Shown in pieces: positions 8,052-16,973 of a stretch of 64,000 nt of DNA. The stretch lies in the IMG/VR virus record IMGVR_UViG_3300027896_000027. One strand, 5' to 3'. The translations under genes were made by a program, and so were the position numbers. The DNA comes from an uncultured virus (IMG/VR IMGVR_UViG_3300027896_000027). Its lineage: Duplodnaviria > Heunggongvirae > Uroviricota > Caudoviricetes. A model generated the notes under the pieces. That model was not told where the DNA came from. It made no database searches and saw only the letters and a list, made by a program, of their open reading frames with translations. Every line of letters begins with the position of its first letter. Position 1 is the stretch's first letter.

Positions 8052-9030
8052 AATTTGGACCCCGCTGAAAGCCTGTATCTTGGTGACCAGGAAGTGTAAT
8101 TATAAGTGTAGCTATTGTGGAGTTATTGACCATCGGGTTAAACGTGAGCTTTCCGAGGAAGAGTTTAAGAAAGTTTTCTCTGCAACCCGGGCGCTTGGGG
8201 TAGGAATCAATATCATCTTTGGGGGGGAACCCTCTATAAAGCCAGGCATCAAGAAGATGATTGAGTTTTTAAATAAAGAAGGCCATCCGTATGCTTTTAT
8301 CACTAATAGTAGTCTGGCTTTTGAAAGTTACGAGAAGTTGGATTTGAAGCAGTTGTCTTGCAGTGTGGATTTGGTCGAGAGGTTTGATACCGAGAAGTAT
8401 AATGAGTTAAAGTCTTATAGAGGACTACATTTATTGTTATGGATGAGAGGAAGAAGACCAGATATGGATCTTCTTGCCAATGTTGGTCTTAGTCGGTTTA
8501 ATCTTCAGGAAGTGCCAAAGATGGTTGAGTTTTTCTCAGAGCGCAACATTTGGGTTATTGCGACTCCTCTTCATGATGATCCTCTTTTTGAAAGTGAATG
8601 GTTATATAGAAAGTCTGGCTCCCACCCGGGCCGCATCTTGCCAAAGCATGAAAAAGGGTTGCTTGAGTTTTGTGAGAAGATGGTAAGATTAAAGGAGCAG
8701 GGATACTTGGTACATCAGTTTGCATCTTTCTTTACTCACTATCTTCCCCGGTATGGTATTGGCCTGGATTGGCATTGCTCTTTTCCTGCTCATTTGACCA
8801 TAAACCCGGACGGAGGTTTGTTATGTTGTATTGACCGTGCGGGTCTCCGAGTTCGAAAGTACAAGGTGTGGGATCTACTTGATCCTAAGAAGTTAATCCG
8901 TTTTAAGGCTGACTTTGCACTGGATGTTCAAGGTTGTCCTGGGTGTTGTTGGGATCATATTATTGAGAGTGAGCATATGTATAAAGAGAATCCTGAGCAG
9001 GGAAAAAGGAACTTTCAGCATGTCAAGTAA
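8038..9030 (+). CDS. radical SAM protein with C-terminal SPASM/twitch-like Cys cluster
   Basis: CNYKCSYC, FGGEP, ITN; C-terminal HC...INPDG.LLCC...CPGCCW. Confidence 0.88.
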   Translation: MKLSEIWTPLKACILVTRKCNYKCSYCGVIDHRVKRELSEEEFKKVFSATRALGVGINIIFGGEPSIKPGIKKMIEFLNKEGHPYAFITNSSLAFESYEKLDLKQLSCSVDLVERFDTEKYNELKSYRGLHLLLWMRGRRPDMDLLANVGLSRFNLQEVPKMVEFFSERNIWVIATPLHDDPLFESEWLYRKSGSHPGRILPKHEKGLLEFCEKMVRLKEQGYLVHQFASFFTHYLPRYGIGLDWHCSFPAHLTINPDGGLLCCIDRAGLRVRKYKVWDLLDPKKLIRFKADFALDVQGCPGCCWDHIIESEHMYKENPEQGKRNFQHVK

Positions 9031-9688
9031 ACCTGTGTTGCTATTTTCGGGAGGAGTGGATAGTTTTGTTGCTTATCACTTCTTGGGTCGCCCTCAGACC
9101 CTCTTCTTTCATTGTCAGACTCGTTATGCCGATAAAGAGTTAAAGGTTGTCAAAGAGCTTGTTCCAGGGACGATGGTTGATTATTCTTTAGACCTTGGGA
9201 ACCGAGAGTACGGAGAGAAAGCTTATATTCCGTTTCGAAACCTTTTGTTTTTCCTTCAAGCGGTTAAGTACTCAGACGAGGTTATTGTTGCCGGGGTTGC
9301 CGATGATGAGGTTTCGGATAAAAATGAATCTATTTTTAAAGAATTTTCCAGGTTGGCTTCTAAATTAGAGGGAAGACCAATTAAGATAAAAAGTCCTTTT
9401 TGGAAGATGACTAAGAGGGAGGTTGTTAAGTGGTATTTGATGCACATTGGCAATGTTCCAGAGTTAATGAAAACAACCTCCTGCTATGATCCAGTGGAGC
9501 ATTATTGTGGGAGGTGTCCGTCTTGTTTTAGGAAGTGGGTGGCATTTCGGAGCAACCGTATCCCCCTGGACTTCTTTAATCAGGAGTTAATGGATCAGTA
9601 TTACCAAGCTGCTTGGGAGGGAAAGTATCATTTAAGGAGGAATCAAAGTATTATGGAGGTGGTTGATGCGCATCGCAGTAGACATTGA
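9020..9688 (+). CDS. queC: 7-cyano-7-deazaguanine synthase
   Basis: LLFSGGVDS, YIPFRNL, SPF..MTK.EVV, SCY...CGRCPSC; ATG at 9020 has an RBS (the ORF track extends it to 8915). Confidence 0.92.
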   Translation: MSSKPVLLFSGGVDSFVAYHFLGRPQTLFFHCQTRYADKELKVVKELVPGTMVDYSLDLGNREYGEKAYIPFRNLLFFLQAVKYSDEVIVAGVADDEVSDKNESIFKEFSRLASKLEGRPIKIKSPFWKMTKREVVKWYLMHIGNVPELMKTTSCYDPVEHYCGRCPSCFRKWVAFRSNRIPLDFFNQELMDQYYQAAWEGKYHLRRNQSIMEVVDAHRSRH

Positions 9689-9971
9689 TGGCGTGTTAAC
9701 TTTAGAGACAGAGGGGTTTGGTCAGAAGATTTATTCTGAAAGAATTCCAAATCGTGAGAATATTCGTCTTCTGAATGAGCTTCATGATGTGGGTTGTCAG
9801 ATTACTTTATTTAGTTCTCGCTATGAGAAGGATCGTCGAGTTACAGAACATTGGCTTCATAAGCATAAGGTTAGGTTTCATTGTTTGGTTTTGGATAAAC
9901 CTAAGTACGATGCCATTGTGGACGATCGGTCATCGTCTCTTCTGGCTTTAAGACGTGCAATATGTAGATAG
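9666..9971 (+). CDS. minimal HAD-superfamily phosphatase
   Basis: IAVDIDGVL, FSSR, KP.YD.IVDDR. Confidence 0.8.
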   Translation: MRIAVDIDGVLTLETEGFGQKIYSERIPNRENIRLLNELHDVGCQITLFSSRYEKDRRVTEHWLHKHKVRFHCLVLDKPKYDAIVDDRSSSLLALRRAICR

Positions 9972-9986
9972 GGAGGAGGAGGAAAA

Positions 9987-10871
9987 ATGGCAAAAAAGAT
10001 TAGTTTGTTTTTGGACAGTGGAGCTTTTACCGCGAAGAGTAAAGGGGTTGTCATTAATCTTGATGAGTATATTGCCTTTGTTAAAGAAAATAAAGATTAC
10101 ATTGATGTTTACTGTAATCTGGATGTGATTGGTGATCCGGTTGCGACCTGGAAGAACCAAGAGAAGATGGAAAAGGCGGGGCTTGCCCCTCTTCCTGTTT
10201 ATCATGCTGGAGAGCCACGGGAGTATCTGGATCGTTGTATGAAGTATGGGTATTTTGGGGTGGGTGGGGTTGCAGATTCAACAAGTGGAACTCGCTCGGC
10301 GGTTTTTGATTGGGTTTTCTCGATAATTTGCCCAAAGGAAAATGGTTTTCTTCCAACTCATAAAGTTCATGGTTTTGCAATTACCTCTCTTGCCATGATT
10401 CTTTGCTATCCCTGGTTTAGTGTGGATTCGACCTCTTGGGTCATGACGTCCAGGATGGGTTCCGTTTTCGTGCCCAGGGTTAAAGATGGGAAGTGGATCT
10501 ATGATGAGAATCCTTGGAAGGTGATGATCTCGACGCGCTCTCCAGCCCGTCAGGAAGCGGGTCAGCATTTTGATACCTTCCCTCCAGAGGCTCAGAAAGT
10601 GATTATTCGGTATTTTGAGGAAAAGGGTTACCGGGTTGGTCGGTCTGAGTTTCGGATGGAAGGGAAGTCTTATAAGACTAAAGGGGATGAAAGGTGGAAT
10701 GGGGAGTCAGTTGGAGGGAAGAGAGAAGTGGAAAGAGTTTTGGAGGAAGGGCTTTGTAATAGTTATAAGCTCCGAGATGAGATGAATATCATTTATTTTC
10801 TGGATCTTGAAAAGTCAGTGCCGAGATGGCCTTGGCCTTTTATGAGACAGAGAAGGGGACTTTTTAAATGA
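9987..10871 (+). CDS. dpdA: DpdA/TGT-like 7-deazaguanine DNA transglycosylase, apparently lacking the N-terminal segment
   Basis: LFLDSGAFT at residues 7-15, NLDVIGD, PVYHAGE, GVGG, VHGFAIT, YPWFSVDSTSW; lies in the que cluster. Confidence 0.85.
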   Translation: MAKKISLFLDSGAFTAKSKGVVINLDEYIAFVKENKDYIDVYCNLDVIGDPVATWKNQEKMEKAGLAPLPVYHAGEPREYLDRCMKYGYFGVGGVADSTSGTRSAVFDWVFSIICPKENGFLPTHKVHGFAITSLAMILCYPWFSVDSTSWVMTSRMGSVFVPRVKDGKWIYDENPWKVMISTRSPARQEAGQHFDTFPPEAQKVIIRYFEEKGYRVGRSEFRMEGKSYKTKGDERWNGESVGGKREVERVLEEGLCNSYKLRDEMNIIYFLDLEKSVPRWPWPFMRQRRGLFK

Positions 10872-11110
10872 AGACTTATTTTTGTTTATTTAACAATCAG
10901 TGGCCAGGATATGGAAGGGAGGGTTTAGCTTTGAATTTGGTTAACCGGCTTGGGGTTAGGAATGTTGGTCTTATAAACCCTTTACTTTATGGCCCCCTTC
11001 GAGTTGGAGACCGGATAGGTCTAAAGAAGTTTCTTAAAGAGGTGGAAGAAGGCCATATTCCTTCTGCTGACCGGCTTCGTTTAAAGAGGACTGGGATAAT
11101 AGTAGAATGA
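10868..11110 (+). CDS. divergent 'IYFAG'-like module (possible paralog 6)
   Basis: MKTYFCL...GREGL...RLGVRN resembles IKIYFA...QRELL...KLEVRN of 12456-12614. Confidence 0.5.
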   Translation: MKTYFCLFNNQWPGYGREGLALNLVNRLGVRNVGLINPLLYGPLRVGDRIGLKKFLKEVEEGHIPSADRLRLKRTGIIVE

Positions 11111-11286
11111 AAGTTTATCTGGTTACCTGGCTTTATGAGCCATCTCAAAAAGAGTCTCTCGACAAGAAACAGGAGAGTAATCGGTTGCTCTCTTATTTCT
11201 TTTGTATAGACCAAGGAAAGAATTGTCTTAGAGATTACACTGAGAGGAGACAAATAGATGAAGGTAGAAAAAGAGGAATTATTTAA
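11107..11286 (+). CDS. 'IYFAG' module paralog 4 (59 aa; not in ORF track)
   Basis: MKVYLVTWLYEPSQKESLDKKQESNRLLSYFFC...; ATG overlaps the previous stop. Confidence 0.65.
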   Translation: MKVYLVTWLYEPSQKESLDKKQESNRLLSYFFCIDQGKNCLRDYTERRQIDEGRKRGII

Positions 11287-12271
11287 GGCTCTTTCCAAAG
11301 TTCAACCTGGACTTTCGGACAAAGCAATCATCGAGCAAACGGATCATTTTATTTTTGATCAGGATTATGTCAGAACCTACAATGATGAGATCGCGATCTC
11401 TTACCCTTTTAAGTCCGGGTTTTGTACGGCGGTTAAGGCTGACGAGTTTTTTAAACTTATCTCTAAAACAGAGGACAAGAAGATTGATTTGGAAATTAAA
11501 GATAACTTTCTGGTTATGTCAGGGAAGGATCTCGGGCGGGCGAGAATGATCATGGCCTCAGAGGTCAAATGTCCAACTGTTGAAATTAAAGCGCGGCGTT
11601 GGTTCCAGTTGCCCAAGAATTTTCCTGAAGCTATTCGTTTTGCCTCCTTCTCTGCCGATTGGAATATGTTGCAGAAAGAGTTGACCTGTCTTTGGATTAA
11701 AGATCAGTATGTTATATCTTCGGATCGGTTTCGGGCAACAAAGTACGAAATGGATTCTAAACTTCCAGAGTTCCTTTTGCCCGCAACAATTGCTCAAAAA
11801 CTTTGCAAATATACTCCAACTTATTATATTGTAGAGGCAGAGGGTGCTTGGATTCATTTCAGGAATACAGAGGGCATAATTTTTAGCAGTCGGGTGATAG
11901 AGGGTGAGTATCCATATCAGGAAGAAGTATGGGCCACTTTCACTCTCAAAGGGGATATTGTTAAGATTCCTGAAGGACTAAAGGAGGCGGTAGATCGTGC
12001 GAAGATATTTACCCAGGGAATGGTTCGAGGGGATAGCGATTTGATTCAGCTTAAGGTTGACAAGTCTGGAAAGTTGACTTGCCGAGGGGAAGGAACATTG
12101 GGGGATGTTGAGAAAGAGTTTGCTATTGATTACAAAAAGAAAGATTTCGAGATCAAGGCCCCTCCGGAAGCTTTGATTGAGATTCTTACCTATATTAAAG
12201 AGATGAGGGTTTCCAATGATAAGCTGTACTTTAGTGGGCCGAATTTTGAGCACGTTATCTCTCTGATATGA
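11258..12271 (+). CDS. dnaN: DNA polymerase III beta sliding clamp
   Basis: Clamp-like length; SSDRFR, SRVIEGEYP and EAVDRA motifs; sits next to dnaE. Confidence 0.85.
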   Translation: MKVEKEELFKALSKVQPGLSDKAIIEQTDHFIFDQDYVRTYNDEIAISYPFKSGFCTAVKADEFFKLISKTEDKKIDLEIKDNFLVMSGKDLGRARMIMASEVKCPTVEIKARRWFQLPKNFPEAIRFASFSADWNMLQKELTCLWIKDQYVISSDRFRATKYEMDSKLPEFLLPATIAQKLCKYTPTYYIVEAEGAWIHFRNTEGIIFSSRVIEGEYPYQEEVWATFTLKGDIVKIPEGLKEAVDRAKIFTQGMVRGDSDLIQLKVDKSGKLTCRGEGTLGDVEKEFAIDYKKKDFEIKAPPEALIEILTYIKEMRVSNDKLYFSGPNFEHVISLI

Positions 12272-12455
12272 AATGCTCAAATGGTGGAAGTTGGGATCAA
12301 AAACGATGTTATTTTGGGTTACAAACCATGAAATTTATAGCCTATTTATGCAAAAATGGGCCGTTTTTAACGAGTTGGGTCTGGTGTCCGTCTCTTTATA
12401 TTAAGGGTTTGGAAATCGAGCCTTAAACGAGGAGTTTTGGAAGGAGGGAAGAAAG

Positions 12456-12614
12456 ATAAAAATCTACTTTGCAGATACAATTCAACGAGAGCTTCTTGGT
12501 CATAACCAGAAGTTGGAAGTAAGAAATAATCTGGAGTCTTATTTCTTTATTATAGACAAACGACCTGATTGGAAGTCCTGGTGGTGTATTAAGGAGAAAG
12601 CTCGAGATGAATAA
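12456..12614 (+). CDS. 'IYFAG' module paralog 5 with ATA start (52 aa; not in ORF track)
   Basis: AAGGAGG 8 nt before ATA-AAA-ATC-TAC-TTT-GCA; (M)KIYFADTIQRELL...NNLESYFF; no in-frame ATG/GTG/TTG back to the stop at 12402. Confidence 0.55.
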   Translation: MKIYFADTIQRELLGHNQKLEVRNNLESYFFIIDKRPDWKSWWCIKEKARDE

Positions 12615-15600
12615 CTCTGACTTTATTCATCTTCATGTCCATTCTGAGTATAGCCTATTAGATGGCCTTGGCTCTCCGAAACAGTATATGGAGAGAGCAG
12701 TTGAGATGGGGTTTAGGGCTATTGCTATTACAGACCATGGTAACATTGATGGACATTTAAGGTGGCAGGAAGAGTGTAAAAAGGTGGGAATCAAACCTAT
12801 CTTTGGTTGTGAATTGTATATTGTTGAGGACACAGAGAAGAAAGAGAAAGGAGAAGAGAGATTTCATATAACTCTCCTTGTTCGGGATTTTGAGTCCTGG
12901 CAAGCTCTTGCTCGAATGCTTACCTTGGCAAGTTTAGAGGGCTTCTATAGAAAGCCTCGAATAGATAGAAAGGTTCTTCTCAATGAGGCAAAGAAAGGAA
13001 TGGTTATATTAACTGGTTGTTCTGGTTCATTCCTCTTGATGCCCCAGGGTGTTGAGTTACTGATTGAGTTGAGCAAGAATAAAGGGGTGGAGTGTTTTTT
13101 GGAGGTAATGCCCCATAGGATTGAGCGGCAGGTTAAAATTAACCAGCTATGTTTAGAGTTGAGTAAGAAATTTGGTCTTCCTCTTGTTGCTACAAATGAC
13201 TGTCATTATATCAGATCCGATTATGTTAAAGCCCAGGAGGTATTGCTTGCTGTTCAGAGACAGGCTAAATGGAAAGATCCTGACCGATGGAAGTTTGGGT
13301 TTGAAGGACTTCATTTGAGGTCAGCAGATGAAATGATTGTGGAGTTTAAAGCTCAAGGGGTTATTCCTCGTATTCAATATTATCAAGCTATGGCAAACAC
13401 TCGGGAGGTAGAGGAGAGATGTTCGGGCTTTGAAATTCCAAAACGAGGAATAAGTCTTCCGATAACTCGCTACGAGAAGGAACAGCCTGGGGTTGATGTC
13501 AATGAGATTTTGAGTCAATTATGTGAGATTAAAAGGAAGGAGTTTCACACAACGGATAAATGGAATCATGAACATCAGTCAAGGTATTTGTATGAAAGAG
13601 AAATAATTCAAAGGAAAGGGTTCGCTCGTTATTTTCTGATTGTCTATGAAATAATTGAGTGGTGTAAGAAGCAAGGAATTATGATTGGTCCTGGAAGGGG
13701 GTCGGTCGGGGGGAGCTTGGTTGCATACTTGCTCACTATCACCCAGGTTGATCCCCTCCGTTATGGTCTCCTATTTGAGAGGTTTATTTCGGAGGATAGA
13801 ATTGACTATCCTGATATCGATTTAGATTTTGAAGATATTAAGTGTCATCTGGTTAGGGAGCATATTGAGAAGGAGTATGGAGAATTTAATGTTGTAGGCA
13901 TCTCGACCTTCCTTACAATGAAGGGAAGAGGAGTGATTCGAGATGTTGGTCGGGTCTTTGATTTGCCCGCAACTGATGTTGATTTGTTTGCTAAAACTAT
14001 TGATCAAGGGGAGCATGATGAAGGGGTTGTTGCTTTAGAGGGAGATGAAGGAAAGGAAGGGCATCGTTTTAAGAAAAGGTATCCAGAGGAGTTTCGACTG
14101 ATGACAATTCTGGAGGGACAAATTCGGGGGGCAGGACAACATCCTGCTGGGCTTATCATATCTGGTGAAGATTTAAGAGGGGGAGAGCATGGAAGTCTTT
14201 GTCGTCGGTCGGATGTCCTGGTTTGTAATTGGGATATGAATGATTGTGAGTACAATGGGTTGATTAAGATTGATATTCTTAAACTTGGGACCCTGACTGT
14301 TTTAAATGAGGCAAAGAGACTTATAGCCTTGCGTGGGGTTGAGGTTCGGTATGAGAGTTTAGAGCTTACTGATCCAGGTATTTTTCAAATGCTTTCGAAA
14401 GGGGATACTGCTGGGGTGTTTCAGTTCTCGGGTTATGCTTGTACAGAGCTATGTAAGGAAATGGGGGTTGATAGATTTGAGGATATGGTGGCTGTTACAG
14501 CTCTTGCCCGCCCTGGGCCTGCTGATTCGGGGATGACAGATTTGTATATTAAAAGGAAGAGAGGACAGAAGTGGACTCCTCTTCATCCGACTTATGAGAA
14601 AATAACTAAGAACACCTATGGGGTTATGGTTTATCAGGAACAAATGATGAGAGCGATGACAGATTTGGCTGGTTTTAGCAATTCTGATGCAGATAGAATA
14701 AGAAAGGTTATTGGAAAGAAAAGAGATCCAAAAGAGTTTGAACCTTATAGACAAGCGTTTCTGCAAGGATGTCAGGAGAAGAAGACCTTAACTCAGACTC
14801 AAGCCCAGGAGTTTTGGCAAGGGCTTCTTGAATGGGCAAGCTATGGTTTTAATGAAAGCCATGCTGTGGAGTATGCCATGATTGGGTTCTGGACAGCATG
14901 GATTAAAATTCATTACCCCATTGAGTTTCTTTGCGCACAACTTACCTATGGTCCTAATAAAGAGGAGGTAGTGAAAGAAGCTGAGAGATTGGGAATGAAG
15001 ATTGTTACCCCTAAGGTTGGTGTTTCGGATGCCCGACGTTGGATTGCGAAAGGGAACTTTCTTTATATGCCCTTTGTGGAAATCAAAGGAATTGGGGAAA
15101 CCCAGGTTGATAAGTGTGCTACGGTTAAGCAGACTGTTCCCGCCGGTAGTTCCCGGCGGGGTTTCTTTGGACTGAAGGCAGATGTGCCAGTGTTTGAACC
15201 AAAAGGAAAGCTGGAAAAACTTTTAACTGAGGTTCGAGCTTTTGATTCTGACCCCACTGCAGGACCAGAACATTTGGAGGACTATTTTCAGTACTCTTTC
15301 TCCGGGCAAGGGCAAAGCAAGTTGAAAATTGAAGTTGTTAGAAAAAGAATGATGATTAATCCAATACTTCTCCGATGTAAGGCTTGTGGGTTGAGGAGTC
15401 AGGCCAATCGGGTTGTTCCTTGCTCCCTTGGTATGTATAATGCTATTGTTCTGGGTGAATCCCCTGGGAAGGAAGAAGATGATAAAGGAATGGGATATGT
15501 TGGTCCTGCAAGTAAGCCTCTTTGGGAGGAGCTGGCGGATTATGGTATAGTTCGTCGAGCTATACATGTGGGGAATGTTTGCAAATGCTGGCCTTCTACA

Positions 15601-15906
15601 ACTAAGACTCCTTCTAAAAAGGAGCTTGATGAGTGTTTTGAGAGATGGACAAAAGAAGAGATTCTTTCCATGAACTGCCGCTTGATTTTGGCAACAGGCA
15701 ATATTCCTCTTTATGCCTTAACTGGGCGAGAGTCTGGAATCTCTTCTTTGAGTGGTCAGATAGAATGGGTTGAGAAAGTAAAGGCTTGGGTCGTTTGGTG
15801 TGTTCATCCATCGGCAGTTCTACGGAATCGACAACAGAATTTTAAACCTTTCAGAGAGGGGATAAGAACATTTGCAGAAACTTTCAATAAAGGAATTGGA
15901 AGATGA
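12607..15906 (+). CDS. dnaE: DNA polymerase III alpha with C-terminal family-4 uracil-DNA glycosylase domain
   Basis: PHP motifs HLHVHSEYSLLDG/TDHG; GPGRGS, PDIDLDF, KIDIL, YGFNESHA; from ~15361 CKACGL, GESPG..ED, NVCKC.P, HPSAVLR (UDG4). Confidence 0.93.
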   Translation: MNNSDFIHLHVHSEYSLLDGLGSPKQYMERAVEMGFRAIAITDHGNIDGHLRWQEECKKVGIKPIFGCELYIVEDTEKKEKGEERFHITLLVRDFESWQALARMLTLASLEGFYRKPRIDRKVLLNEAKKGMVILTGCSGSFLLMPQGVELLIELSKNKGVECFLEVMPHRIERQVKINQLCLELSKKFGLPLVATNDCHYIRSDYVKAQEVLLAVQRQAKWKDPDRWKFGFEGLHLRSADEMIVEFKAQGVIPRIQYYQAMANTREVEERCSGFEIPKRGISLPITRYEKEQPGVDVNEILSQLCEIKRKEFHTTDKWNHEHQSRYLYEREIIQRKGFARYFLIVYEIIEWCKKQGIMIGPGRGSVGGSLVAYLLTITQVDPLRYGLLFERFISEDRIDYPDIDLDFEDIKCHLVREHIEKEYGEFNVVGISTFLTMKGRGVIRDVGRVFDLPATDVDLFAKTIDQGEHDEGVVALEGDEGKEGHRFKKRYPEEFRLMTILEGQIRGAGQHPAGLIISGEDLRGGEHGSLCRRSDVLVCNWDMNDCEYNGLIKIDILKLGTLTVLNEAKRLIALRGVEVRYESLELTDPGIFQMLSKGDTAGVFQFSGYACTELCKEMGVDRFEDMVAVTALARPGPADSGMTDLYIKRKRGQKWTPLHPTYEKITKNTYGVMVYQEQMMRAMTDLAGFSNSDADRIRKVIGKKRDPKEFEPYRQAFLQGCQEKKTLTQTQAQEFWQGLLEWASYGFNESHAVEYAMIGFWTAWIKIHYPIEFLCAQLTYGPNKEEVVKEAERLGMKIVTPKVGVSDARRWIAKGNFLYMPFVEIKGIGETQVDKCATVKQTVPAGSSRRGFFGLKADVPVFEPKGKLEKLLTEVRAFDSDPTAGPEHLEDYFQYSFSGQGQSKLKIEVVRKRMMINPILLRCKACGLRSQANRVVPCSLGMYNAIVLGESPGKEEDDKGMGYVGPASKPLWEELADYGIVRRAIHVGNVCKCWPSTTKTPSKKELDECFERWTKEEILSMNCRLILATGNIPLYALTGRESGISSLSGQIEWVEKVKAWVVWCVHPSAVLRNRQQNFKPFREGIRTFAETFNKGIGR

Positions 15907-16100
15907 AAAAAAATTGGGTCATATCTGATGGGAATGTGGAAGTTCCGTTCGATGAGCTTTTGGAAAATAGAGAAAAAGCTATCTTAATAAGAATTGATGA
16001 TAAGAAATATTGGCTCCCAAAGTCTGTGATTGATTTTAAGGAGTGGTCGAAGATAGTAGAAGTCCCGGTCTGGTTGGCTGAGAAGAAGGGCTTGGTATGA
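15903..16100 (+). CDS. hypothetical phage protein
   Basis: EKAILI...WLPKS...VPVWLAEKKGL. Confidence 0.65.
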   Translation: MKKNWVISDGNVEVPFDELLENREKAILIRIDDKKYWLPKSVIDFKEWSKIVEVPVWLAEKKGLV

Positions 16101-16516
16101 TCAAAGAATTTCAAGGCAGATATCGTTTTCTTTCTAACTTCTGGTTATGTAAGATCTCTTATGAGGGTAGGGTCTGGAGAAGTGTAGAACATGCTTATCA
16201 AGCCGCAAAGTGTAAGCTGGAAGAAGATAAGTTAAGTATTTTCGATATTGTGAAGCCCGGAGAGGCTAAGAGATTTGGTCGGATTGTGAGAATGCGTCAG
16301 GATTGGGAAGAGGTAAAGCTTTCAATTATGGAGGCTCTCATTTGGGAAAAATTTAAAGATTCTACCTTGAGACAATGGTTGATTAATACTGGCAATAAAA
16401 CTCTCCAAGAAGGGAATCATTGGCACGATACATTTTGGGGAGTAGATTTGCAAACCGGCCAGGGTGAGAATCATTTGGGAAAATTGTTGATGAAAGTTAG
16501 AAAAGGTTTGGTGTAG
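16097..16516 (+). CDS. NADAR (YbiA-like) family protein
   Basis: FLSNF, SVEHAYQAAK, WHDTFWG, GENHLGKLLMKVR. Confidence 0.92.
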   Translation: MIKEFQGRYRFLSNFWLCKISYEGRVWRSVEHAYQAAKCKLEEDKLSIFDIVKPGEAKRFGRIVRMRQDWEEVKLSIMEALIWEKFKDSTLRQWLINTGNKTLQEGNHWHDTFWGVDLQTGQGENHLGKLLMKVRKGLV

Positions 16517-16973
16517 ATGGAAATGCACTGGATGAAAGATTGGAGAACAAAGGAGTGGACTTGCTGCGGAAATGTCTGGCAATTGATAATGTCAAAATTG
16601 TTTCCTGAAAGAACTTCTTGGGTACCGACCTGTCCAAAATGTGGTGCTGTCGGATCGCCTCATCCGAAGAAGGGAAGACCATATAATAGTATAACAGTTA
16701 CTTTTCGTTAAATTCGTGAGAGGGGGGATAATAATGGTAAGGAAGAAAAAAGTTGAAAAAGAAAAGTCGGACCTGCAGGTGAAAGAGGCAGTTTGTTTCT
16801 CGAAGATAAATCTGTCTTTGGAGGAACAAGGATATTTCGTTCATTTTATACCCTCTGGGTATAAGGGGGTTTGGCTCAGGGTTTGGGAATGTTATGATTA
16901 TACTTTTGGGATTGAATATGCTTCTTCGGAAGAGAATGAGATCTTGAATAAGAGGAAAGGGAGGAGGATTTGA

